A DNA stretch of 30,084 nt from an uncultured virus (IMG/VR IMGVR_UViG_3300007274_000042) (lineage: Duplodnaviria; Heunggongvirae; Uroviricota; Caudoviricetes), in the IMG/VR virus record IMGVR_UViG_3300007274_000042. The stretch is one strand, 5' to 3'. Numbering within the stretch: position 1 is the stretch's first letter; each line of letters opens with the position of its first letter. Position numbers and translations under genes: made by a program. Below, piece after piece: positions 11,101 through 19,215 of this stretch. The notes under the pieces were generated by a model that was not told where the DNA came from, did no database searches, and was given only the letters and a program-made list of their open reading frames with translations.

Positions 11101-11690
11101 GTGGTTCAGGCCCTTCAGGCCCTCCAGGACCTCAAGGTCCTCCAGGTCCAAGTGTTCCCTACGGTTATCCTGCAACTGCTAACACCCTTGTTCAGCGACA
11201 AGGCCAAGGCCGTATGGCCTCAAACATGTGTACTGTGAGTCAGCTTGTGGCGCAGGATCACTGGGATAAAAAGCGTGGTAGCCGAAGCGTTGCTGTTCAA
11301 GACGGTGGATATCATGGCTACATGTCTACGTTCTATGAAGCACCAGAGGAAGCCGTTAATTTTTCAATGGCTGACGACAATTTCGAGATTGATTCATTCT
11401 TTGAGAACATCAAACTACGTGAGTTCATTCTCCCCAGACCTTTTGTAATGACTGAGACTGAGGAAGACTACGACGACAATAACGTCCGTCTCGGTCTGTT
11501 CATCGAAGAGCTTCCTGACCTGCCTTGGGTGCAGCGCATACTAAAGATGGCCGATGGGACCATCAATGATGCCAACACTCAGCCACTCATCTTCGGTGCT
11601 CTACAGCATTCAATAAAACGAATCAAGAGCCTTGAAAGTAGAATAGAAGAGCTAGAAGTAATAGCTCAGCGTGTACGTGACATTAGTTGA
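8176..11690 (+). CDS. Collagen-like (Gly-X-Y) fibre protein, Lys-rich, spanning an assembly gap
   Basis: N-terminal YGELAINY fibre-anchor-like module, then hundreds of residues of Gly-X-Y with frequent Lys at Y. After the N-run, the frame starting at 10812 ([17 protein letters not shown]...) stays open into the 11214..11690 ORF, so this is most likely one gene of about 1170 aa ending in a coiled coil. Confidence 0.8.
10237..10385 (+). repeat. Exact 50-nt direct repeat within the collagen gene
   Basis: TATGACGACTTCACACCTGCTCAGCTTGAAGCTCTGAAAGGACAGAAAGG at 10237-10286 and 10336-10385 ([17 protein letters not shown]). Confidence 0.9.
10644..10809. other. Assembly gap (166 N) inside the repeat region
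   Basis: Run of N flanked by GEKGEYG repeat sequence on both sides. Confidence 1.
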
Positions 11691-11692
11691 TT

Positions 11693-13228
11693 ATGGCGTC
11701 TCTTAATTTTCCACCTACTGATCAATCACCTTGGACAACCGATGATGGGCTTGTCTACGTATGGGATGGAGTAAAGTGGGTCTGCTTTGGTGATCAAAAA
11801 GATGTAGGTCCACAAGGTCCTAAAGGAGCTGTGGGTCCAACAGGACCTGAAGGTAAGGGAGGTGACAAGGGACAGAAGGGAGCCAAAGGAGAAAAGGGTC
11901 GTGAAGGTAAAGGTCTCGAATGGGACACCCTGCCCCCTGAGATACAGAAAGGACTGGAAGATGTTGAAGGTCCTAAAGGTCAGAAAGGTCAGAAAGGTAA
12001 GCGGGGCGATGACTTTAAATATGAAGACTTCACACCTGAGCAGCTGAACAGTATCAAAGGTCAGAAAGGTCAGAAAGGTCAGAAAGGGAATAAAGGTCAG
12101 AAGGGTGAATATGGTGATGCTTTCACTTGGGATGACTTCACTGATGAGGAACTAAATTATCTCAAAGGTGAGAAGGGTGAGTACGGTGATGCTTTCACCT
12201 GGGATGACTTCACTAATGAGCAACTCGATTCAATTAAAGGTGAGAAGGGTGAATATGGCGATGCTTTCACTTGGGATGACTTCACTAATGATCAACTCAA
12301 TTCAATCAAAGGTGAGAAGGGTGAATATGGAGATGCTTTCATCTGGGATGATTTTACGCCAGATCAACTAGATTATCTCAAAGGTGAGAAGGGTGAATAT
12401 GGTGATACAGGTGCTCCAGGTACTCCCAGTACACAAGCAGGACCTCCAGGCCCTCCAGGAGGCAGTGTTACTGGACCTCCAGGACCAGATGGAAGTAAAG
12501 GTAATCGTGGTAATGGTGGACCTCCAGGAGCCAGTGTTACTGGACCTCCAGGACCAGGTGGAAGTAAAGGTAATCGTGGTAATGGTGGACCTCCAGGTCC
12601 TACAGGACCAGGTGGCTCTGGACCTCCAGGACCTCCAGGCCCAGGAAGACCTTCGAGTTACGGCATCGTAGGGGGCTACACCCCCGAACGGGGCGGCGGT
12701 GGTGATATTAAAATCACACAAATATGGGTTGATCCCGATGCATTAGGCGGCTCTGGCCCGGGTAGTAACCCATGCATTTTCAGAAACCGAAATTGGGGAG
12801 GCAATAGAACTCTAACGATTGATTCAAACAACGACATCATGACCGAAAATAATAGCTTTCGCTATTCCTTGGTTGATGAGACTTACGTTGATGCTCGTAC
12901 TCTTACAGCGGATGTTTATTCCCATCCCAGTGAAAACATAGAGCTTGACGGTACGATTGCGTTGGAGATTGTTAACCGTCTTACAGCGAGCCCTTACATG
13001 GACGTAGAGAATATGGTGTATTGGAAGTTCGACAATATAGTTGATCTTTCAGCGTCAGACCGTTCTTGCCTGATGGCTAACCATACAAATAATATGGGTG
13101 AGCTTCAGGTTTATCAAGGGGTGAGTGTTGAGTCAACTTTTGTTGTACTTACTAAAGCAATTCAAAAGCTAACAAGCAGAATAGAAGAGCTTGAAGTAAT
13201 AGCTCAGCGTGTACGCGATATTGGTTAA
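11693..13228 (+). CDS. Second collagen-like fibre protein
   Basis: Gly-X-Lys and Gly-Pro-Pro tracts, DDFTxEQL repeats, C-terminal [16 protein letters not shown] coiled coil; ATG 11693 preferred over TTG 11687. Confidence 0.85.
   Translation: MASLNFPPTDQSPWTTDDGLVYVWDGVKWVCFGDQKDVGPQGPKGAVGPTGPEGKGGDKGQKGAKGEKGREGKGLEWDTLPPEIQKGLEDVEGPKGQKGQKGKRGDDFKYEDFTPEQLNSIKGQKGQKGQKGNKGQKGEYGDAFTWDDFTDEELNYLKGEKGEYGDAFTWDDFTNEQLDSIKGEKGEYGDAFTWDDFTNDQLNSIKGEKGEYGDAFIWDDFTPDQLDYLKGEKGEYGDTGAPGTPSTQAGPPGPPGGSVTGPPGPDGSKGNRGNGGPPGASVTGPPGPGGSKGNRGNGGPPGPTGPGGSGPPGPPGPGRPSSYGIVGGYTPERGGGGDIKITQIWVDPDALGGSGPGSNPCIFRNRNWGGNRTLTIDSNNDIMTENNSFRYSLVDETYVDARTLTADVYSHPSENIELDGTIALEIVNRLTASPYMDVENMVYWKFDNIVDLSASDRSCLMANHTNNMGELQVYQGVSVESTFVVLTKAIQKLTSRIEELEVIAQRVRDIG
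12101..12406 (+). repeat. 72-nt (24-aa) coding tandem repeat, 4 copies plus a partial
   Basis: Units start at 12101, 12173, 12245, 12317 and 12389; [24 protein letters not shown]. Confidence 0.9.
12463..12597 (+). repeat. 69-nt coding tandem duplication
   Basis: CAGTGTTACTGGACCTCCAGGACCAG(A/G)TGGAAGTAAAGGTAATCGTGGTAATGGTGGACCTCCAGG at 12463 and 12532. Confidence 0.9.
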
Positions 13229-13809
13229 CTACTAGGGTGAAACCACGTAACTAACGCATACTTGGTGCCCTTAATCACAGGGCACGCACGGTGCGGATAG
13301 TTCCAATTTGAGGGGAAGATTAAAGCCTTTCCCTTTTTTGGTCTGTACTTACGACCAAACATCTCTGTTTCACCACCTTCGAAGTCATCGTTCAGGTAAA
13401 CGACAACAGAAATACAGCGGGTGTCAGCAATAGTATCTCCTGTGCGGCATTTCTCGACTGATTGATCGCAGTGCCATTTATACTGCTCTCCTTCTTCATA
13501 CTTAAGAACGCCAATCGCTTCTCTGTATGTAGGGAAGCTAGGACGTACTCCCGGGAGATACAGACATTTAGCTATTTCTGGATACTCACTTTTAATACGC
13601 TCAGACCAGTTAAGAAGTGCAGCATTGATTTGCTTGTGTACAATCTTTTCAAGTCCACCGACTAGCTGAGCACCGGTATTTGTTCGTATTTCATGGGCCT
13701 CTGTCCCAGTGTCTGTAATTACACTTGACCGAGTGTACTCCCACTGTACGTCTGTAATCTGGTCACACAGGTCTAAGTCAAGGCAGTCCACCATTCGCGC
13801 AAAGTTCAT
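13225..13809 (-). CDS. 2OG-Fe(II) oxygenase, prolyl 4-hydroxylase-like
   Basis: WHCD (HxD), SVVVYLNDDFEGGET, YPH and GTKYALVTWF; ATG at 13809 forms an ATGA overlap with the upstream stop. Confidence 0.9.
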   Translation of the reverse strand: MNFARMVDCLDLDLCDQITDVQWEYTRSSVITDTGTEAHEIRTNTGAQLVGGLEKIVHKQINAALLNWSERIKSEYPEIAKCLYLPGVRPSFPTYREAIGVLKYEEGEQYKWHCDQSVEKCRTGDTIADTRCISVVVYLNDDFEGGETEMFGRKYRPKKGKALIFPSNWNYPHRACPVIKGTKYALVTWFHPSS

Positions 13810-15635
13810 AAGTAATCTCCTTTGTATCGTGCTGTCCAAAAAGTTGCTGAGTATTTAGTTCCACTTGTAAGCTCATCGACATAATGTCCGTGAGTTACTT
13901 GTCCTGGGAATATCACCATCTTACCTACGGGAATATCTTTATTGGTGATATCTTGCCTAGGCCAATAAAGTGTGGCTCCCTCATAGTCATCGTTTAGTTT
14001 TACACTGCCTGTAACGAGAGAGGTGTCGTTATGTAGACCTAACGTCTTCTGAGTATCTGGTGAATACTTCATCGCAAACGCTTTGCGTAAGTGATAGTGG
14101 AGCATCGGTGTCCAATGCTTCTCGACTACAGGCTTCACAATCACATTGAAGAAGTCCTCAGCCTCTTCCCATAGCCCTAGTTCTTTGAGATGAATGTCGT
14201 GAGAAGGGAAGTTATCGGCAGGATGTGGGTTCCAACCACCGTGCTGCTCTGCTATATCAATCCATGCTTGACACTGGGCTTGCGTCTTGAAATCAATTAA
14301 CAGCATTTCATTGCCGATAATTTTATAGCCCGGTATTTGTAAGAAGTTTCGCTTGGGGTACAGCACTCGATACAGACGGCTGAACTCTCTCTTGTCTTGC
14401 TCACCACCATTGCCGTGGTAAATACAGCTGTAGCAGTTAGTCTTAGTGTTATAGATTTGCCCGTTAGACACTTTGATAGCAGACGAATCACTGCTAGCTG
14501 AGATATACATCTCGTGGTCTAGCTTGATGTTGTAGTGACCTTCCAGGTATTTCTTTTGTAAGTACAGCTGATCGCTCTGCGCATCCTTGAGCTCTACATC
14601 AAAAAGCTTCTTTAGCTCACGTACACGACCAATAATCACACCGCTACACATATAACGGTATGGCGTGTGGCTTGGAGGCCACAGCGAATCCTGAGCAGGC
14701 CAGTTGTTCTTCTCTGCTTGGATCACAACCTCAGTCTTAAAGCTGAGGTAACGCCTGATGATTGTATCTAGGTCTGAAGTAAAGAATACATCGTAAGCAT
14801 CGGTGAATACGATTAGATCTTCACCCGGCTTGTCCTTGATAAAGTCACGCAGCAGGTTGAGCTTGACCCCACCTCCGGTGCTGTAGTTACGTAACCCACC
14901 TCTCCACACTTCACCGTCAGGCCACAGGTTTGTGATTTCAATTCCATTACGCTCAGCAGATTCGTACAGCTTGCTTGCCTTCTCTTTATCTGAGGCGACA
15001 GTTACAACGTGAGTGTTGAAGTCGATGAAGTAATCTTTATGACCAGAAGGTTCTGTCGATGATCCTTGTGACTGAAGTCGGCAGCCTGAGTCTGGATGAC
15101 TTCGCAAAGTAACCCGGTCACTTAGGTATGGAACATATTCATCAGCGGGTATGAGCCGAAGAAAGCTATCGACAAGAACCTTTGCTGCTTGCGGACTGAG
15201 TACATAGGCACAAAGCCAGTAGGGATAGCAGGGTTTATTAGACCTCGCTCCCGCTTTATTCATCTCGTTCCACAAGAGATATAGGAGACCATTCCCACAG
15301 CTCTCTACTAAATCATCGGGAAGCTCACGTTCAACAACGACATCATCTTCAAAGATAAGGAAGTGCTCATCCTGTTGAGCGCATTGCTTCCACAGTGAGT
15401 AGTGAGAAAGAAAGCACCCCACCTCACCGTGTGTAAGAGTGCGTTTAAGGATGGGATCTCTCCAGTGCTTGTCTGTATCTAGGCTCATCTCTAGCAGTTT
15501 CTTATGTGTAATCTTGCGGCCATCAATAGCCTCAACTACTTCGAGCCCTGGTAGATACTGAGAATTATTTTCTAGGAACAGTTCTTTCTTCTTTGTACTT
15601 CGCTGTAGGTTAATTACGAACGACTTCATATACAT
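13806..15635 (-). CDS. Trifunctional collagen-modifying-like enzyme: GT25 (COLGALT-like) + PLOD-type glycosyltransferase + lysyl hydroxylase-like 2OG-Fe(II) domain
   Basis: GT25 motifs: VINLQRS, EAIDG, RDPILKRTLTHGEVGCFLSHYSLWK, LIFEDD, YWLCAYVLS, LIPADEYVP. PLOD-GT motifs: GGGVKL, FTDAYDV, AEKNNWP, SGVIIG, SDQLY, KLDH, HGNG. Hydroxylase motifs: FAMKYSPDTQKTLGLHNDTS, LNDDYEG, FPGQVTHGH, SGTKY. Confidence 0.85.
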   Translation of the reverse strand: MYMKSFVINLQRSTKKKELFLENNSQYLPGLEVVEAIDGRKITHKKLLEMSLDTDKHWRDPILKRTLTHGEVGCFLSHYSLWKQCAQQDEHFLIFEDDVVVERELPDDLVESCGNGLLYLLWNEMNKAGARSNKPCYPYWLCAYVLSPQAAKVLVDSFLRLIPADEYVPYLSDRVTLRSHPDSGCRLQSQGSSTEPSGHKDYFIDFNTHVVTVASDKEKASKLYESAERNGIEITNLWPDGEVWRGGLRNYSTGGGVKLNLLRDFIKDKPGEDLIVFTDAYDVFFTSDLDTIIRRYLSFKTEVVIQAEKNNWPAQDSLWPPSHTPYRYMCSGVIIGRVRELKKLFDVELKDAQSDQLYLQKKYLEGHYNIKLDHEMYISASSDSSAIKVSNGQIYNTKTNCYSCIYHGNGGEQDKREFSRLYRVLYPKRNFLQIPGYKIIGNEMLLIDFKTQAQCQAWIDIAEQHGGWNPHPADNFPSHDIHLKELGLWEEAEDFFNVIVKPVVEKHWTPMLHYHLRKAFAMKYSPDTQKTLGLHNDTSLVTGSVKLNDDYEGATLYWPRQDITNKDIPVGKMVIFPGQVTHGHYVDELTSGTKYSATFWTARYKGDYL

Positions 15636-15650
15636 ACTTATGCTTTGCTC

Positions 15651-15662
15651 ATTCTAGAATAG
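15651..15662. promoter_or_regulatory. Palindromic double -10 element (ATTCTAGAAT) between divergent genes
   Basis: Reads TAGAAT on both strands, between the minus-strand start at 15635 and the plus-strand start at 15684. Confidence 0.55.
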
Positions 15663-15683
15663 ATATACAATTGAACGGCGCTT

Positions 15684-15956
15684 ATGTCTAACGAAGATAG
15701 AGAAGCTTTTTGGGACGCTATTGAATCTGGGGATAATGTATTGTTGTCAACAATGCACAGTCTTACAGAACGATGGGGCCTTCCAGCTATTATTATGTGT
15801 CTAGGTGATATCTCTCGGATTCTTTCAGAAGATGCTGAAGTGGCTGAGCTAACACCAAACCAGCGAGGATTAATCCTCGGTGCTTGTGCTCAGGTGTGTA
15901 ATCTTTCAGATCAAATGCACGCTGAGATGGAGTTTCTAGCTACTAGTAATGAGTAA
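15684..15956 (+). CDS. Hypothetical protein
   Basis: 90-aa ORF with the recurrent -10-like motif 29 nt upstream. Confidence 0.75.
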   Translation: MSNEDREAFWDAIESGDNVLLSTMHSLTERWGLPAIIMCLGDISRILSEDAEVAELTPNQRGLILGACAQVCNLSDQMHAEMEFLATSNE

Positions 15957-16086
15957 AGAAGAACTAGCCAATTGGCAACGCATTAAAGATGTAATGGAAG
16001 AGAAAGGTACAACGGACAACATGTTCTACAAGCGTGCCGCTGCTATCGTCGAAGGGAAAGAAGATCCGTTAGATAAGTTAAAATAA
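15949..16086 (+). CDS. Small hypothetical protein (45 aa, below the ORF-track cutoff)
   Basis: MSKEELANWQRIKDVMEEKGTTDNMFYKRAAAIVEGKEDPLDKLK; overlaps the upstream stop by 8 nt and fills the gap. Confidence 0.7.
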   Translation: MSKEELANWQRIKDVMEEKGTTDNMFYKRAAAIVEGKEDPLDKLK

Positions 16087-16109
16087 TTAGGTGATGCTTA
16101 ACTGTAGAT

Positions 16110-16415
16110 ATGGCTTGCGACCACAGATGTAAAGCAAAATCTAAAGCCAAGGCTTACACCAAAAGTAAGAAGAAAGGCGCAATGGATGGAATGACCGTCA
16201 AGGGTGGTCACAAGTTATCTACAGAAGAAGGCGCAGGCCTGACTGCTAAAGGGCGTGAGTCGATTAATCGGCGCACTGGATCTAACTTGAAAGCTCCGGC
16301 ACCTCACGCTAAAGCAGGTACTAAGGACGCAGCACGGCGTAAGTCGTTCTGTGCTCGTTCTCGTGGCTGGACTGGTGAGCGCGGTAAAGCAGCACGTAAA
16401 CGTTGGAACTGTTAG
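16110..16415 (+). CDS. Small highly basic phage protein
   Basis: GLTAKGR...GSNLKAP...RRKSFCAR...RKRWNC pattern, which I recognise as a recurrent phage protein of unknown function. Confidence 0.75.
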   Translation: MACDHRCKAKSKAKAYTKSKKKGAMDGMTVKGGHKLSTEEGAGLTAKGRESINRRTGSNLKAPAPHAKAGTKDAARRKSFCARSRGWTGERGKAARKRWNC

Positions 16416-16468
16416 TAGAGTAAGCAACCTAAATAGATACAATATAGTCTGAAGACATAGCAAGTTCG

Positions 16469-18310
16469 ATGGTCAAAATTAATAAACCAAACAACTACAA
16501 AAATGTAATCGAGGCTATTAAAGAAGTCTGCGGCATTGAGTATGGTTTCACTCCTAACTGGAAAGGAATCATTGATGCTCTAGCAATGTGCCCTGGAGGC
16601 ATGGGTGGTATTAACAACTTGCTGGCAGGTAAAGGTATTCAACTGAATCCAAGCCACGGAGATTTAAGCAGAAGTGACATTACTATCAGCGCAGGGACAA
16701 GTGACTTCCCATTTTGTGATGACTGCTTTATTTGGTGTGAGCCGACAGGTAATGACATTGGAATTCAAGCACAGTCAGTAGAAGGTGACACAGTTGTTGT
16801 CAAGTTCTCTTCAGAAAATTGTGGTGCTTGTGGGCGAATGTCTCATTACGACAAGAAAGTCGTAGAGGAGCTTGGCCACGAGTTTGTCGTAGCTACAACT
16901 GATTGTGATGAGTGGGATAAATATCAATATCTTTTAGAAGCTGTGTATCCAGACCCTGATAAGGTTGGATTCCCAACATACATTGTTGCTCAAGGTAATA
17001 GCCCTGAGAAAATGACAGTGCTGGGAGCTATTCGTGGTGCACTAGAGAAAGGTAAATTCCGTGATCGCTTATCAACAGCACTCTCAGGAGAACTTATTGA
17101 GCAAACTACTGTAGTTCCGTTTGCTATTGGATCAGGCAGTGACTCAAAATCTCATTGCACAGACTTTGAAGAAACTGGTGGATGTGCGCCATTCCGTTTT
17201 GATTGCTGGACGGATAACGCTCGTATTTGTAAAGGAGATAATTACTCTCTAGAACTGCGAGTTAGAACTCATGGCTGTAACAACTGCTTAGATGGTAAGC
17301 CTCCAGGCGGTAGTGACCTTAGCTATGAGTGGTATCGAGGTGATAGTAAAGATGGACCGTGGAAATTCGTAGGAGACAAGTCCAGTCTGACTGTTAAGCC
17401 AGGCAAAGAATACCCTGCTGGAACTACGGTGTGGTTCCAAGCCCGTGCTACTTGTAAAGATTATCCAGGTGGGAAGATTACTATTCGAGGTGGTGGAGGC
17501 AAGTCCGCTAAAGAAGGTGGCAAAGGTCTACAGCCTATTAAGGTAACCATTGTTAATTGCGATGATCCTAATAATCCGCCTGACGATGATTCATTCTGTG
17601 CAACTAAAGAGTGCCCTCCTGGTAAATATTGTTGTGACGGCAGTGAGTCTTGTGAAGAATGCTGCAACAACAAGCACTGCCCTCCAGGTCAGATCTGTAA
17701 GAACGGTACGTGCGTTGATAAACCTGAGTGTTCTGTAGACAAAGACTGCCCTGGTGATCAGATCTGCGACGACGGTGTATGCAAAGATCCGCCTGAGTGT
17801 GAAAGAGACAAAGACTGCCCTGGTGATCAAATCTGCGATAAAGGTGAATGCAAAGATCCACCGCCTGGTCCGCCTGGTCCGCCTGGTCCCCCAGGAGGAC
17901 CTCCAGGAGGACCCCCAGGTGATGGCGGATGTTCACAGGATAAGGATTGCCCTGGAGATCAAATCTGTGAAGACGGTAAATGTGTAGACCCCCCGCCTCC
18001 TGGTGAATGTACGCAGGATAAGGATTGCCCTGGTGATGAAGTATGTGAAGATGGTGTCTGCGTTGATCCACCACCGGACTGCACCAAAGATGGTGACTGC
18101 CCTGACGATCAGATCTGTGAAGAAGGGGAATGCGTTGATCCCCCACCAACAGAACCAGAGCCTGATCCGTGCGACGGCGTCATCTGCCCTCCTGGAGAAG
18201 TCTGTCAAGACGGTGAATGCGTCAAGCAGATTTGCCTAGACAACGACTGTAATGGAGGTTGGGTTGTTGATTGGTCTTGCGTTAAAGCAAAATTAGCAGC
18301 AATTCCTTGA
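16469..18310 (+). CDS. Multidomain Cys-rich virion-like protein: thioredoxin-like domain, Ig-like segment, Cys repeats, short GPP tract
   Basis: VVVKFSSENCGACGRM...GFPTYIV (CxxC and cis-Pro loop); LSYEWYRG Ig-like strand; repeated CxxDxDCPGDQICxxGxC. Confidence 0.8.
   Translation: MVKINKPNNYKNVIEAIKEVCGIEYGFTPNWKGIIDALAMCPGGMGGINNLLAGKGIQLNPSHGDLSRSDITISAGTSDFPFCDDCFIWCEPTGNDIGIQAQSVEGDTVVVKFSSENCGACGRMSHYDKKVVEELGHEFVVATTDCDEWDKYQYLLEAVYPDPDKVGFPTYIVAQGNSPEKMTVLGAIRGALEKGKFRDRLSTALSGELIEQTTVVPFAIGSGSDSKSHCTDFEETGGCAPFRFDCWTDNARICKGDNYSLELRVRTHGCNNCLDGKPPGGSDLSYEWYRGDSKDGPWKFVGDKSSLTVKPGKEYPAGTTVWFQARATCKDYPGGKITIRGGGGKSAKEGGKGLQPIKVTIVNCDDPNNPPDDDSFCATKECPPGKYCCDGSESCEECCNNKHCPPGQICKNGTCVDKPECSVDKDCPGDQICDDGVCKDPPECERDKDCPGDQICDKGECKDPPPGPPGPPGPPGGPPGGPPGDGGCSQDKDCPGDQICEDGKCVDPPPPGECTQDKDCPGDEVCEDGVCVDPPPDCTKDGDCPDDQICEEGECVDPPPTEPEPDPCDGVICPPGEVCQDGECVKQICLDNDCNGGWVVDWSCVKAKLAAIP
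17597..18252 (+). repeat. Coding Cys-rich repeats (CxxDxDCPxDxxCxxGxCxDPP)
   Basis: About 7-8 imperfect units; DNA motif GA(C/T)TGCCCTG recurs. Confidence 0.85.
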
Positions 18311-18362
18311 GGATATCGCGAACTCTGATGTATACAATAGAAGAATAATAATTGAGAAACTC

Positions 18363-19181
18363 ATGGGTAAGATTTACGGCGCACAGCGTAAGCTTGGCTA
18401 TCACGACATTGTTTACAACATAAAGTCTGGTAAATTCTTTGTACCTCTGCCTGGTGATAATTACTATGAGCTAGACGTACAGACTGGTGGCGGCACCGGA
18501 GGCGGCGGTGGTACGCAGAATACAGCAACTCTGCCGCTGGCTAACCCCACTCGACTTGGCCGTGCTGATAGCAGTGGGCTGAAGACTCAAAGTGATTTCA
18601 ATAAGTACATTGATGCTTACGTTAAAGAAGTAGAAGGAACGAACCTTCCTGGTGGTGCTGTTGGTATCAACGAAGTATTAGCCGAAGGCGACACCGCCAA
18701 TCCCGGTCAGTCCCTTCACTTCAAGGTCAATGAGGGCGACATTCCTCCCATCAAGCGGGACAGTATTGATATCGAAGGCGGCAGCGGCCTGCGCTTGGGT
18801 GGCTTGGTCTCTTACTACACCATCAGAGAGCCCTTCACTCTTGATACCGAGAACGGTCCAACGCAGGAGTTTGCATACTCCGTCAGGCGAATCTCAGCAG
18901 TAGATGATTATTTTGAAGCCGAACACCCTAAGGGCGGCAACGTTTCTACTTCTATCGGCCTGACGGGGATTCAGTACGCCTCAGACCGTTCAAGCTTCGA
19001 CCTTGACGACGGCCGGTTCTACGCACGTGTGGGCGACTATGAGAATCCTATTTTTAAGATCGAGGTCAGCAACTACGACAACGAATCAAGTGTTACTGCT
19101 GGTGAATTCATCGGTGACGGCAGCAAGCTGACGAACCTGCCGCGTACAACAATTGATCAATTACCATCACTGCCTAGTTAG
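18363..19181 (+). CDS. Tail fibre-like / structural hypothetical protein
   Basis: 272 aa; Gly hinge; C-terminal VTAGEFIGDGSKLTNLP motif typical of phage fibres. Confidence 0.65.
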   Translation: MGKIYGAQRKLGYHDIVYNIKSGKFFVPLPGDNYYELDVQTGGGTGGGGGTQNTATLPLANPTRLGRADSSGLKTQSDFNKYIDAYVKEVEGTNLPGGAVGINEVLAEGDTANPGQSLHFKVNEGDIPPIKRDSIDIEGGSGLRLGGLVSYYTIREPFTLDTENGPTQEFAYSVRRISAVDDYFEAEHPKGGNVSTSIGLTGIQYASDRSSFDLDDGRFYARVGDYENPIFKIEVSNYDNESSVTAGEFIGDGSKLTNLPRTTIDQLPSLPS

Positions 19182-19215
19182 AATAGAGCTAAAAGAGTAA
19201 ATGTTCAGGTGAATT

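Noticed and set aside
10644..11214. Frameshift or pseudogene in the first collagen gene
   Set aside because: The frame change coincides with an estimated-length N gap, and the downstream frame is open through 11690.
12101..12406. Regularly spaced repeats resembling a CRISPR array
   Set aside because: The 72-nt in-frame coding units have synonymous variation and no unique spacers, and there are no cas genes.
8314..12721. Many alternative-frame and antisense ORFs over the collagen genes
   Set aside because: These are shadows of repetitive GGN-rich codons lacking stops.
11640..13222. Near-identical gene-end blocks as a DGR template/variable repeat pair
   Set aside because: Both copies are coding, the differences are synonymous and not adenine-specific, and there is no reverse transcriptase in the window.
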